A stretch of 64,000 nt of DNA from Candidatus Eiseniibacteriota bacterium (GTDB lineage: Bacteria; Eisenbacteria; RBG-16-71-46; CAZEPH01): positions 45,873 through 109,872 of the forward strand of contig JBGATO010000002.1 of NCBI GenBank assembly GCA_044229145.1. The letters run 5' to 3'. The translations under genes and the position numbers were made by a program. The notes under the pieces are model-generated. The model saw only the letters and a program-made list of their open reading frames with translations. It was not told the origin of the DNA and made no database searches. Of the stretch, positions 44,225 to 53,884 are shown one piece after another. How positions within the stretch are numbered: position 1 is the first letter of the stretch; each line of letters starts with the position of its first letter.

Positions 44225-46126
44225 ATGCCCAACAGGATCCTGCCACGTCCCCGCGCCTTGCGCGCCGGGGGCGGCTTCCTGCTTCGCCGCGCCGCGCCGG
44301 CCGTTCTCGCGCTGGTGCTGGCCGCCGCCATGACGCTTCCCGTCCTCCAGGTGCTCCACGCTCACCGCGTCAACGGCGCGGACGGTTTCCCGCTCGACGA
44401 CGCCTGGATCCACCTGACCTACGCCCGGCAGTTGCACGACGGCCTCGGGTTCGTCTATTCGCCCGGGGACGCACCGACCGCCGGCTCGACCTCGCCGCTC
44501 TACACCTGCGTGCTCGCGTTGCTCTTCGGCCTGACACCGGATGAGAAGCGCCTCAGCTACGGCCTCGACATCGTCTGCCAGGCGATCTTCGTCGGGGCGC
44601 TCGCGCTGTGGGCACGCGCACGCTTACGAAGCATCTGGTGGACGATCGCGGTGGTGGCCCTCGTCGCCTTCGATGCCCGCATCCTGATCTTGTCGACCTC
44701 GGGGATGGAGACATCGCTCTTCCTCGCGCTGGTGGCGGTGGCGTTCGCGAGCGCGGCGTCCGGGCGATGGTGGGGGAGCGGCGCGGCGGTGGCGGCGGCG
44801 ATCTGGACGCGGCCAGAGGGAATCCTGCTGGCAGCCGTGGTGGCAATCAGCGCAGCGGCGGGCGGGGCGGGGCGTGTCCGGCGCGTCGTCGGTGTGGCGA
44901 TGCCGGCGGCCGTCGCGGCGTGCGGCTACCTGGCGTTCAACCACGCGCTCGCCGGAGAGTGGCTCCCCGGGACCTTTGCCGCCAAGCGCGCGGCGATCTA
45001 TCCGCCCATTCCACCGCAGACGTTCCTGCTGCACGACGTCCTGCCGTTTCTCGCGGATCACGGCTGGGTGGCGCTGATGCCGGCGCTGATCGCCGGGCTC
45101 GTCTGGGCGGTGGGGGCGCTGCGGTGGCATCGCCTGCCGCCGTGCGCGGCGGAGGCGCTCTGGGTGATCGGCGTGCTCGCGGCGTACGCGCTGCTCTTGC
45201 CGACCGGCCATCGTTTCGACCGCTATCTCGTCCCGGTGTTGCCAGCCGCGGCGATCGTCGCGATGGTGGCGTTGCAGCGGGTGGCGGAGGCCATCACTGC
45301 AGCGCGAGGGCGCGGCTGGCTGCAGCATGCCGCGCCGGTCGTCCCGCTGGTGTTCGTGGGCGCGGGGGCGCTCCACGCGAGCGCGCCGCCCGACGCGTCG
45401 CGTGCGTTCGCGACGTGGTGCCAGTATCACGCGGTGCGGCACGAACGCGCGGGGCGCTGGCTTGCCGCGCACACGCCGCCCGATGCGGTGATTGCCACCC
45501 ACGACGTCGGGGCGATCGCCTTCTACTCGCATCGGCGCATCGTCGACATCGCCGGGCTGGTCACGCCCGAGGTCGTCCCGCATGTGCGGCAGCCTGACTT
45601 CACCGCATACCTCGCGGGATTGTTCGCGCGGCGCCACGTGACGCACCTCGCGATGCTGCGCGAGTGGATGCAAGTGACGAACGTCGCGCCGGCGTTCGTC
45701 GCCGATCCGCGTCCGGAAATCCTCGAGATCTTTCCGTGGCGCGCGGGCGTCACGCATTTGGTGAGCCGCGAAGCGACCAGCGACGCGCTGACCGCGCAAG
45801 GTCTGCTCCGTGCCGGACGCATCGCCGACGCTGCGACAGTCGCCCAGATTGCGGTGGCACGCGACTCATTGAACGCGGACGGCTGGATCGCGTGGGGGTA
45901 TGCGCTCGGTGCGACGCGCCGGCCGGATCTCGCGGCCGACTGCTTCGCGCGCGCCCTCCGCCTGCGGCCCGGTGACCGGCTCGCGCGCGTCGGACTGGCG
46001 CGGCTGGCGATCGATGCAGAGCGATACGAGGTTGCGCAAGCGTTGGTGGATTCCCTGCACGACGAACTGCCTGACGATCCGGACGTGAACGCGCTCGCCG
46101 AGCGCATTCCGCTCGCGCCCCGCTAG
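44225..46126 (+). CDS. GT39/GT83-like (PMT/ArnT-type) membrane glycosyltransferase with C-terminal TPR repeats
   Basis: ATG 44225. About 11 TM helices with an early DD/loop region (GFPLDDAWIHLTYARQL). C-terminal ~100 aa TPR-like. Confidence 0.7.
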   Translation: MPNRILPRPRALRAGGGFLLRRAAPAVLALVLAAAMTLPVLQVLHAHRVNGADGFPLDDAWIHLTYARQLHDGLGFVYSPGDAPTAGSTSPLYTCVLALLFGLTPDEKRLSYGLDIVCQAIFVGALALWARARLRSIWWTIAVVALVAFDARILILSTSGMETSLFLALVAVAFASAASGRWWGSGAAVAAAIWTRPEGILLAAVVAISAAAGGAGRVRRVVGVAMPAAVAACGYLAFNHALAGEWLPGTFAAKRAAIYPPIPPQTFLLHDVLPFLADHGWVALMPALIAGLVWAVGALRWHRLPPCAAEALWVIGVLAAYALLLPTGHRFDRYLVPVLPAAAIVAMVALQRVAEAITAARGRGWLQHAAPVVPLVFVGAGALHASAPPDASRAFATWCQYHAVRHERAGRWLAAHTPPDAVIATHDVGAIAFYSHRRIVDIAGLVTPEVVPHVRQPDFTAYLAGLFARRHVTHLAMLREWMQVTNVAPAFVADPRPEILEIFPWRAGVTHLVSREATSDALTAQGLLRAGRIADAATVAQIAVARDSLNADGWIAWGYALGATRRPDLAADCFARALRLRPGDRLARVGLARLAIDAERYEVAQALVDSLHDELPDDPDVNALAERIPLAPR

Positions 46127-46136
46127 CGACGGCGGA

Positions 46137-46997
46137 CTACGGCACGCGCGCCGCGACCAATACCGCCGTCACCGCCAGGCGCACCGCGCCGCTCGCATCC
46201 GTTCCCTGTGCGAGCAATACGCGCGCGTCCGCTTCCACCGCGCGCTGCACCGCGTCGGGTTCCTCGCGCAGTGAGTGCCCGAGCGGTGTGCCCTCCATCG
46301 TCATGCGCCAGTAGTCGTCCACTGACGGCGCGGTGAAGAAGCCCGGGTGGAGCGTCTCGCGTGTGTCGGTGCATCCGGCCGCCTCGAGGAGAGCGGCCAA
46401 CTCGCCCGGTCCGCCGAGCTCGTAGGGCGTCGGCAGGTAGCCGGTCTCGTCCGGCTCGGCGTGCGCGAGCATCGGTCCGACCACGGCGTGGAGGCCAGGG
46501 TTCCGTTCCGCCACCGACCACACAGTGAGGCCGATGCGTCCGCCGGGCTTCACCACGCGCACCAATTCGCGTGCTGCGGCCTCCGGGTCGGTGATGATCT
46601 GGAAGCCGAAGCGGGAGAGCGCGACATCGAAAGTGGCGTCGGCGAAGCTGAGGGCCTCGGCGTCCTCGACGAGGAAGCGGGCGCGCCCGAGGCCGCGTTC
46701 GGCGGCACGGCGCGCGGCGATGGCGATCATCGCGGGCGACAAGTCGACGCCGGTCACGGAACCGCGACACGTGGTGGCGCGCTCCATGCTCTCGGCGATG
46801 TGGAGCGCCGGTTCGCCGGGTCCGGTGGCGAGATCGAGGACGTGATCGTCGAGCGAGACGTCGCAAAACGCCAGCAAGGCGTGGCCGAACGGGGCGAGTT
46901 GTCGCGCGAATCCGGTTTCGTAGAACGGAGCGGCTTCGTCCCATGTGTCGCGCGTGTAGTTCTTGTAATAGTCGTCGCTGTAGGTCCAGCCGCCCAT
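46137..46997 (-). CDS. class I SAM-dependent methyltransferase
   Basis: Start MGGWTYSDDYYKNYTR (cat 46995-46997). Motif I VLDLATGPGEPAL, post-I acidic residue, motif III VKPGGRIGL. Confidence 0.85.
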   Translation of the reverse strand: MGGWTYSDDYYKNYTRDTWDEAAPFYETGFARQLAPFGHALLAFCDVSLDDHVLDLATGPGEPALHIAESMERATTCRGSVTGVDLSPAMIAIAARRAAERGLGRARFLVEDAEALSFADATFDVALSRFGFQIITDPEAAARELVRVVKPGGRIGLTVWSVAERNPGLHAVVGPMLAHAEPDETGYLPTPYELGGPGELAALLEAAGCTDTRETLHPGFFTAPSVDDYWRMTMEGTPLGHSLREEPDAVQRAVEADARVLLAQGTDASGAVRLAVTAVLVAARVP

Positions 46998-47013
46998 GGA
47001 TCCCTCCTGCGCG

Positions 47014-48513
47014 TTACTCGGTGAGCAGAATGGTGCCCGTGGCGCGGGCGCCCTGTGACTCGACGTCGAGCCGGTACACGCCGTGCGGCAGGCGCCGCCC
47101 GGTGGAATCGTGCCCATCCCAACTCACGGTGCGTTCGCCGCGTGCGCCGTCGACGTGCCACCGCCGCACCACGCGTCCCCGCACGTCGCTGAGCAGCAGG
47201 CGCGTGGCGCCGGCGTCGGCTTGCGCCCAGCACAGCCGCGCCCGGCTCGACGTCGTCCCGCGCACCTGCAGGGACGATTCCGACGCCGGCGGAGGCGCCA
47301 CGGCCGTGACGGTCGGCTCGAGTCGCCACACCGCGTTGCTGGTGAGATCGACGATGTGCAGGATGCCGTCGGGATCGAGATCGAAATCGGTCACCGCGCC
47401 GAATCCCTGGCCCCAGGTCAGTGAGGCAACCTCGCTCGTGTTGTTGTCCGCGACGCGATCGGCGAGCAGCGGATCGCTCAGCACGAACGAATCGCGCGAC
47501 GCCGCCATCGGGAACAGGTACAGCCTGCCGAAGTTGTTGTCGCCGACGATGCACTGATCTTGCAGCGCCGGACCGTAGTGCGGCGTGTGCAGGAAGAGGA
47601 TCGCGCACGGCGTCACCACCTGCGCCCACGAGAACTCCGGATCGCTGTACGCGGCGCCGGGCGCCATCCAGAGATCCGCGACGCCCTTCGGCGAGCGCGC
47701 GTCGGGCCCGACGATCTGTTCCCAGCCGCCGTTCATGCCCGGCGTGATGCGATTGATCTCGTCGTAACTGGTGGGCCCCGGCTCGGTGTTCCACAGTGTG
47801 CCGGTGAGCGGATCGAAGGTCATGCCGAAGCAGTTGCGCAGGCCGTACGAGTACACCAGCTCCATGCGTGTCACGCCGGCGAACGGATTGTCGGCGGGCG
47901 CGCTGCCATCGTCGTTCATGCGCATGACGACGCCGGTGGTGTCCGGCGCCGGTCCGGCCGGATAGTTCTGCAACTTGCCGTTGCGATTGAGTTCGCCGAT
48001 CACCGCGTAGAGTTTGCCATCGGGACCGAACTGCAGGATACCGCCGTCGTGATTCGGGCCCGGCGTGACCTCGAGCCGCTGGATGATGGTCGGCGTCGTG
48101 AGCGCGCTGCCCGTCCACGTATAGCGCACGATGCGATTGTCGAGCGCCTGCGTCGAGTTGCTGGTGTCGTTGAGCGTCGAGCTCTGCGTGAAGTAGACGT
48201 AGACCCACGGCGTCGCCGGGAACTGCGGGTGCAAGGCGATGCCGAGCAGGCCGCGCTCGCTCGCCGAGTTGACGGCGACATCGAGCACCGGCGCCGGCTG
48301 CAAGACGCCGCCGATGACGCGCTGCACGCGGCCGGTGGTCTTCTCGCACACCAAGAAATCGCCGCGATCGAGGAACACCATGGTGGTCGGCGAGTTGAGG
48401 CCAGTGACCACCGCGGTGACCTTGAGCGTGGTGTCCGCCATCGTCGGCGCCGCCAGGGCAGGCCGCGCGCAGGCGACGACGAGCAGCGTGAGGGCACGAC
48501 CGAGCATTCGCAT
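47014..48513 (-). CDS. PQQ/GSDH-like beta-propeller with C-terminal sorting domain (paralog of 28302-29858)
   Basis: Start MRMLGRALTLLVVACARPALA (alternative ATGs 48525, 48507). Propeller blocks (GLLGIALHP, LQFGPDGKLY). C terminus LLSDVRGRVVRRWHV...HGVYRLDVESQGARATGTILLTE. Confidence 0.8.
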   Translation of the reverse strand: MRMLGRALTLLVVACARPALAAPTMADTTLKVTAVVTGLNSPTTMVFLDRGDFLVCEKTTGRVQRVIGGVLQPAPVLDVAVNSASERGLLGIALHPQFPATPWVYVYFTQSSTLNDTSNSTQALDNRIVRYTWTGSALTTPTIIQRLEVTPGPNHDGGILQFGPDGKLYAVIGELNRNGKLQNYPAGPAPDTTGVVMRMNDDGSAPADNPFAGVTRMELVYSYGLRNCFGMTFDPLTGTLWNTEPGPTSYDEINRITPGMNGGWEQIVGPDARSPKGVADLWMAPGAAYSDPEFSWAQVVTPCAILFLHTPHYGPALQDQCIVGDNNFGRLYLFPMAASRDSFVLSDPLLADRVADNNTSEVASLTWGQGFGAVTDFDLDPDGILHIVDLTSNAVWRLEPTVTAVAPPPASESSLQVRGTTSSRARLCWAQADAGATRLLLSDVRGRVVRRWHVDGARGERTVSWDGHDSTGRRLPHGVYRLDVESQGARATGTILLTE

Positions 48514-48721
48514 GGGAGGGCGCATCCTTTCCGAGAGGGTGTGCTGAGTGTGCCACAGGCCGCGGGCGCACACTAGTCGCGGGCCAGCCGATGGCCGGAC
48601 GCTCAGGAAAACCCCGCAGGCGTGGCGTCGTTCCGCTCGACCGGCGGCGGGTCATCGCCGATACTCCGGCCGCGCCGCCGCGCAGGCAACTTCCGGCTCC
48701 CACTCACCTTGCGAGGATGTC

Positions 48722-50686
48722 ATGGCCCGCACGTCGTCCCGTCGTCCCGCCGTCCACGGTCTCGACGACCTGCTGCACGAGAATCGCGTCTTCAAGCCGT
48801 CCGCCGCCTTCCGCCGCGCCGCGCACGCGAATGACGCCGCGATCTACGACCGCGCGGCCCGCAATCCCGAGCGGTTTTGGGCCGGCTGGGCGAAGCAGCT
48901 CGTGTGGACGAAGCCGTGGACGACCGTGTGTCAGTGGAAGCCGCCGCACGCGCGCTGGTTCGTCGGTGGGCATCTCAATGCGAGCGTCAACTGCCTCGAT
49001 CGCCATCTGTCGACCGCGACGCGCAACAAGGCGGCGATCCTGTGGGAAGGCGAGCCCGGCGAGGAGCGCACGCTGACCTACGCGCAGCTGCATCGCGAGG
49101 TCTGCAAGTTCGCCAACGTGCTCAAGTCGCTTGGGGTGAAGAAGGGCGATCGCGTGACGCTCTACATGCCGATGGTGCCCGAGTTGCCGGTGGCGATGCT
49201 GGCGTGCGCGCGCATCGGCGCGCCGCACAGCGTGGTGTTCGGCGGCTTCTCGCACGAGTCGTTGCGCGATCGCATCAACGATGCGCAATCAGCCGTGGTG
49301 GTGACCGCGGACGGCGGATTCCGGCGCGGCAGCGAAGTGCCGCTCAAGCGCATCGTCGACGAGGCGGTCCGCGAGACCCCGTGCGTGCGGCACGTCGTCG
49401 TCGTCAAGCGCGGCGCGTTCGTGGTGCACATGCAGGAAGGCCGCGATCACTGGTGGCATCGCCTGATGCAGGATGCCGCGGCGGAGTGCGCGCCGGCGGC
49501 GATGTCCTCCACCGATCCGCTGTTCATGCTCTACACGTCGGGCACCACCGGCAAGCCGAAGGGCATCGTGCATGGCACCGGCGGGTACCTCACCGGTGTC
49601 TACGCGACGACGAAATGGGTGTTCGATCTCAAACCGGAAGACGTCTACTGGTGCACCGCCGATATCGGCTGGATCACCGGCCATTCGTACGTCGTCTACG
49701 GCCCGCTGATGAACGGCGCCACGGTGCTGATGTACGAAGGCGCGCCGGACTGGCCGGACCGCGGCCGCTTCTGGGAACTGATCGCCAAATACGGCGTGAC
49801 GATCTTCTACACCGCGCCGACCGCGATCCGCGCCTTCATGCGGTGGGGCGAGGAATGGCCGCGCCGTCATGCGTTGTCATCGCTGCGATTGCTCGGAAGC
49901 GTCGGCGAGCCGATCAACCCCGAAGCGTGGATGTGGTATCACGACGTCATCGGCGGCAAGCGCTGTCCGGTGGTCGACACCTGGTGGCAGACCGAAACCG
50001 GCCACATCATGATCGCGCCGTTGCCGGGTCTCACGCCCACCAAGCCAGGCTCGGCGACGCGTCCGTTCCCCGGCATCCACGCCGAAGTGTTGAGCGACGA
50101 AGGCACGCGTCTCGCGCATGGCGGCGGTTACCTCGCGATCACCAAGCCGTGGCCCGGCATGCTGCAGACGATCCACGGCGACGACAAGCGCTACGTGCAG
50201 ACGTACTGGTCGCGCTGGAACAAGGCGACGTACTTCCCCGGCGACGGCGTGAAGAAGGACAAGCAGGGGAACTTCTGGCTGCTCGGCCGCGTCGACGATG
50301 TGCTCAACGTCGCCGGTCACCGCATCGGCACCATGGAAGTCGAGAGCGCGCTCGTCGATCACCACGCGGTGGCAGAGGCCGCGGCGGTGGGGAAGTCGCA
50401 CGACCTCAAGGGACAGGCGCTGGCGGTGTTCGTCACGGTGAAAGAGGGCGTGGCGACGGGCCCGGCGCTCGCCGATGCGTTGAAGGCGCACGTCGCCAAG
50501 AAGATCGGCGCGCTGGCGCGTCCCGACGACGTGCTGTTCACCGCGGAGCTGCCGAAGACGCGCAGCGGGAAGATCATGCGCCGGCTGCTCAAGGACATTG
50601 CCGAGGGCCGCGCGCTCGGCGACACCACGACGCTTGCCGACCCCAACGTGGTGGCAGAACTCAAGCGGCATTACGAGGAAGACTAG
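48722..50686 (+). CDS. acs: acetyl-CoA synthetase
   Basis: ATG 48722. AMP-binding signature [11 protein letters not shown]. Acs-family motifs throughout, conserved C-terminal [11 protein letters not shown]. Confidence 0.95.
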   Translation: MARTSSRRPAVHGLDDLLHENRVFKPSAAFRRAAHANDAAIYDRAARNPERFWAGWAKQLVWTKPWTTVCQWKPPHARWFVGGHLNASVNCLDRHLSTATRNKAAILWEGEPGEERTLTYAQLHREVCKFANVLKSLGVKKGDRVTLYMPMVPELPVAMLACARIGAPHSVVFGGFSHESLRDRINDAQSAVVVTADGGFRRGSEVPLKRIVDEAVRETPCVRHVVVVKRGAFVVHMQEGRDHWWHRLMQDAAAECAPAAMSSTDPLFMLYTSGTTGKPKGIVHGTGGYLTGVYATTKWVFDLKPEDVYWCTADIGWITGHSYVVYGPLMNGATVLMYEGAPDWPDRGRFWELIAKYGVTIFYTAPTAIRAFMRWGEEWPRRHALSSLRLLGSVGEPINPEAWMWYHDVIGGKRCPVVDTWWQTETGHIMIAPLPGLTPTKPGSATRPFPGIHAEVLSDEGTRLAHGGGYLAITKPWPGMLQTIHGDDKRYVQTYWSRWNKATYFPGDGVKKDKQGNFWLLGRVDDVLNVAGHRIGTMEVESALVDHHAVAEAAAVGKSHDLKGQALAVFVTVKEGVATGPALADALKAHVAKKIGALARPDDVLFTAELPKTRSGKIMRRLLKDIAEGRALGDTTTLADPNVVAELKRHYEED

Positions 50687-50707
50687 CCGCGCCGCGAAAG
50701 ACAAAAC

Positions 50708-50742
50708 GGGCCGGAGCGCCGTGTGGCACTCCGGCCCGTTCG
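50708..50742. terminator. bidirectional terminator candidate between convergent acs and secretin genes
   Basis: ACGGGCCGGAG-cgccgtgtggca-CTCCGGCCCGT is an 11-bp perfect stem. On the minus strand it is followed by TTTTGTCTTTCG. Confidence 0.45.
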
Positions 50743-50756
50743 CGAGTCGCGCGGTT

Positions 50757-51815
50757 CTACTTCTGGTCGCCCTGCATCGATCCATCCACCGTCGCCGCCA
50801 TGTCGACGACGTGCGGCGTCAACACGAGATACGTCTTCCACGACGAATGCGACTTCGAACGGTGACTGAACAGGAATGGCAGGATGTGCCCGAGGCCGGG
50901 CACGCTGACCTCGCTCTTGCTGTCGCTGGTGCGATCGAATCCGCCGAGGAGCACCGGCTGGCCATCACGCGTGACGACCTCGTTCTCGATCATCTGGCCG
51001 ACCTTGCTGAGGCCCCCGCCCTGGAGCGAGCTGAGAGCGCACATCTCCGCGCGAACCGCGAGCCGGAGCGTGCCGCCCGCACCGAGTGACGGCAGCACGC
51101 TCAGCGTGACACCGGCGTCGAGCGAGTCGGTCTGGAACAACGAATTGTACGAGGCGAAGCGCGCCAAATAGACGACACGCGCACCGTCGAGAATCGTCGC
51201 GCGGCGGTTGTTGAGCGTGACCACGCGCGGCACCGTGCGGGTGTGCGCCCAGCCTTTGGATTCCGCGAGGCGGATCGACGCGCCCCATCCCAGATCGGCA
51301 TCGAACCCAAGCAGCTTACGCGTCGTCGTTTGCTTCGGTGTCTTGTTGGATCCGGTGGATGCGTCCCACTGCGACCGAGTGAAGTAGTCGGCTTGCGATG
51401 TGACCGACCCAAGGGACGTGTTCCACAGGAGACCGCCGGCGCGCGCCTTGTCCTCGTCGATCTGCACGATCTGCGCATCGAGCACGATCTGGTGCGGCGC
51501 GACATCGGCGGCACGCGCGAGGTCCTGGATGGCTTGCACGTCGGCCGCGTCGCCCTGGACGACGAGCAGATTCGCGGTGTCCTGCACGAGGACGCGCACA
51601 TCGTGGCCGGGGGCCATCGAGGCGACGAAGCCAGTGCCGTCGGTGCGGGCGCCGAGGAACTGCAACAGCTCGCGTGGAGGCACGTACGACGGAGTGATCG
51701 ACGCCACGGTCGCACCGGCCACGCTGGCCAGGGCAATCGCGACGAGTACACCGGCGCTTCCCACCACACGCCGAGCCGCGCGTGCGGTGTGGAACCTGCG
51801 AAGGTCAAGAATCAT
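50757..51815 (-). CDS. secretin-family outer-membrane channel protein (short, 352 aa)
   Basis: ATG 51815. Signal/anchor. C-terminal secretin domain (VTLSVLPSLGAGGTLRLAV...VVTRDGQPVLLGGF...VPGLGHILPFLFSHRSKSHSSWKTYLVLTPHVVD). Confidence 0.8.
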   Translation of the reverse strand: MILDLRRFHTARAARRVVGSAGVLVAIALASVAGATVASITPSYVPPRELLQFLGARTDGTGFVASMAPGHDVRVLVQDTANLLVVQGDAADVQAIQDLARAADVAPHQIVLDAQIVQIDEDKARAGGLLWNTSLGSVTSQADYFTRSQWDASTGSNKTPKQTTTRKLLGFDADLGWGASIRLAESKGWAHTRTVPRVVTLNNRRATILDGARVVYLARFASYNSLFQTDSLDAGVTLSVLPSLGAGGTLRLAVRAEMCALSSLQGGGLSKVGQMIENEVVTRDGQPVLLGGFDRTSDSKSEVSVPGLGHILPFLFSHRSKSHSSWKTYLVLTPHVVDMAATVDGSMQGDQK

Positions 51816-51942
51816 CTGAGCAACTCTCCTGTGAGGACGTCACGGAAGTGCGCCTGCTGCGGGCCGAGAACCGACGGCGCGAGGGATGGTGCCGACTGTC
51901 AACACAGTCTAGGACGCTTCGTAGTTCCTGCAAATTGATAAG

Positions 51943-51963
51943 TGTCACATGCGCCATGTGGCG
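51943..51963. promoter_or_regulatory. near-palindromic operator candidate in secretin/ABC divergent intergenic region
   Basis: GTGTCACATG-cgc-CATGTGgC (8/9 inverted repeat) inside an unusually AT-richer intergenic stretch. TTGATA hexamer just upstream at 51935-51940. Confidence 0.25.
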
Positions 51964-52020
51964 TATGGAAACGGTTACGGCGATTTGCCCCCGCGCGGGC
52001 GGGCGGGTATCCTGCGCGGC

Positions 52021-53058
52021 ATGACCATGACGAACGATTCGGCCGCCGCCGTGCACGTGCGCGGCCTGACGCGGAGTTTCCAAAGCGGCAAGCGCGGCGC
52101 GCGCCGAGAGACGCAAGCGTTGCGCGGCATCGACCTGACGATCCCGCGCGGCCACTTGTACGGCGTGCTCGGCCCCAATGGCGCCGGCAAGACGACGCTG
52201 ATGAAAATCCTCACGACCTTGCTGGCGCCGACCAGCGGCGAGGTGCATGTCGCCGGCTTCGATGCGGTGCGGCAGGCGCGTGACGTGCGCCGCCGCATCG
52301 GACTGGTGTCTGGTGGCGACAACGCGGGCTACGGCATCCTCACCGTGCGCGAGACGCTGTGGATGTTCTCCCAGTTCTATGGCGTGCCGACGCGTGTGGC
52401 CCGCGAACGCGGCGAAGTGTTGCTCGACGCGCTCGGCCTGCGCGAGAAAGCCGACGAGCGCGTCAATCGCCTATCGACCGGTTACAAGCAGCGTCTCAAC
52501 TTCGCGCGCGGCTTCATCAGCGAGCCCGAGATCGTCTTCTTGGACGAACCGACGCTGGGGCTCGACGTTGCATCCGCACGTCAGATTCGTCAGTTCTTGC
52601 GCGGCTGGATGGCAGCCCATGCGGATCGCACCATCGTTCTCACCACGCACTACATGGCCGAGGCCGACGAACTGTGCGAGACGATCTCGATCATCGACCA
52701 CGGGCGCATTCTCGAAACCGATTCGCCGCTCGGGCTCCGCACGCGCGTGCATGCGCAGCGCACGGTGACGCTCGAGTGCGACGCGGCCGACGACGTGCAC
52801 GCCGTGCTCGCGTCGACGCCCGGCCTCGACGTGCAACGCGTCTCGGCGCCGAATGAGCGCGGCACGGTGACCGCGCAGCTCGCGGTGCGCGAGAACGCCG
52901 CCGTCGGCGCGGTGCTCGAACGCCTGACGCACGCCGGCCGCACCGTGCACAACGTCACCACGCGCGATCCGTCGCTCGAAGACGTCTTCGTGGCGATCGT
53001 CGGCCGCGAGATGGACGCCGAGGGCAACGTGGTGGGCGACGAGGACGACGCGCGATGA
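52021..53058 (+). CDS. ABC transporter ATP-binding protein
   Basis: ATG 52021. Walker A GPNGAGKTT, signature LSTGYKQRL, Walker B IVFLDEPT. Confidence 0.9.
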   Translation: MTMTNDSAAAVHVRGLTRSFQSGKRGARRETQALRGIDLTIPRGHLYGVLGPNGAGKTTLMKILTTLLAPTSGEVHVAGFDAVRQARDVRRRIGLVSGGDNAGYGILTVRETLWMFSQFYGVPTRVARERGEVLLDALGLREKADERVNRLSTGYKQRLNFARGFISEPEIVFLDEPTLGLDVASARQIRQFLRGWMAAHADRTIVLTTHYMAEADELCETISIIDHGRILETDSPLGLRTRVHAQRTVTLECDAADDVHAVLASTPGLDVQRVSAPNERGTVTAQLAVRENAAVGAVLERLTHAGRTVHNVTTRDPSLEDVFVAIVGREMDAEGNVVGDEDDAR

Positions 53059-53876
53059 ACTGGGAACCGTTCGTCACCAACTGGCGCGCCGCATGGGCGC
53101 GCGCCTACGTCCGCACCTTCGCCGCCTCGCGCGAGCCGTCGTGGCTGATCGGCGAAGTGCTGTTCCCGGTCATCGGCATGTTCGCGTACGTCTACATCTA
53201 CCGCGCGCTCGGCGCGCCGCGCGCCTATGAATCGTTCGCGGTCATCGGCGGCGTGATGATGGCGTATTGGGTCGCGGTGTTGTGGTCGATGGGCGCGCAG
53301 TTCCACTGGGAAAAGCAGGGCGGGCAACTCGAACTCTACATGGTGGCGCCCTGCTCGCGCATGGCGATCCTCACCGGCATGGCGATCGGCGGGCTCGCGA
53401 TGACCTCGGTGCGCGCGGTGGCGTCCGGCGTCATCGGTCTGTGGGTGTTCCACGTGCCGTTCCATCCCGCGCAGCCGCTCGCGCTGGCCGCGGTGTTTCT
53501 GCTCGCGCTGTGCAGTCTCTACGCGCTCGGCATGTGCCTCGCCTCGCTGTTCCTTCTGTATGGGCGCGAGATTTGGCAGCTGTCGCATGCGTTGCAGGAG
53601 CCGGTGTTTCTCGCCAGCGGGATGTATTTCCCGCTCAAGGCGCTCGGCCCGTGGGCGGTCGCCGGCGTATCGGCGTTGCCGCTGGCGCTCGGGCTCGACG
53701 CCATGCGCCAACTGCTCTTCGCGCCGGAGATCGCGCAGGGTCTCTTCCCGCTCCGCACCGAAATCGCGGCGCTCGCGGTGTCGTGCGTCGTCTTCCTGAT
53801 CGCGGCGACGTGGCTGATGGCGGCGATGGAACGCATCGCCAAGCGCAACGGCACGCTCGTGCTGCGGCACCAATAG
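53055..53876 (+). CDS. ABC-2-type transporter permease
   Basis: ATG 53055 overlaps the ATPase stop. Six TM helices. Confidence 0.75.
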   Translation: MNWEPFVTNWRAAWARAYVRTFAASREPSWLIGEVLFPVIGMFAYVYIYRALGAPRAYESFAVIGGVMMAYWVAVLWSMGAQFHWEKQGGQLELYMVAPCSRMAILTGMAIGGLAMTSVRAVASGVIGLWVFHVPFHPAQPLALAAVFLLALCSLYALGMCLASLFLLYGREIWQLSHALQEPVFLASGMYFPLKALGPWAVAGVSALPLALGLDAMRQLLFAPEIAQGLFPLRTEIAALAVSCVVFLIAATWLMAAMERIAKRNGTLVLRHQ

Positions 53877-53884
53877 GAGACGCG

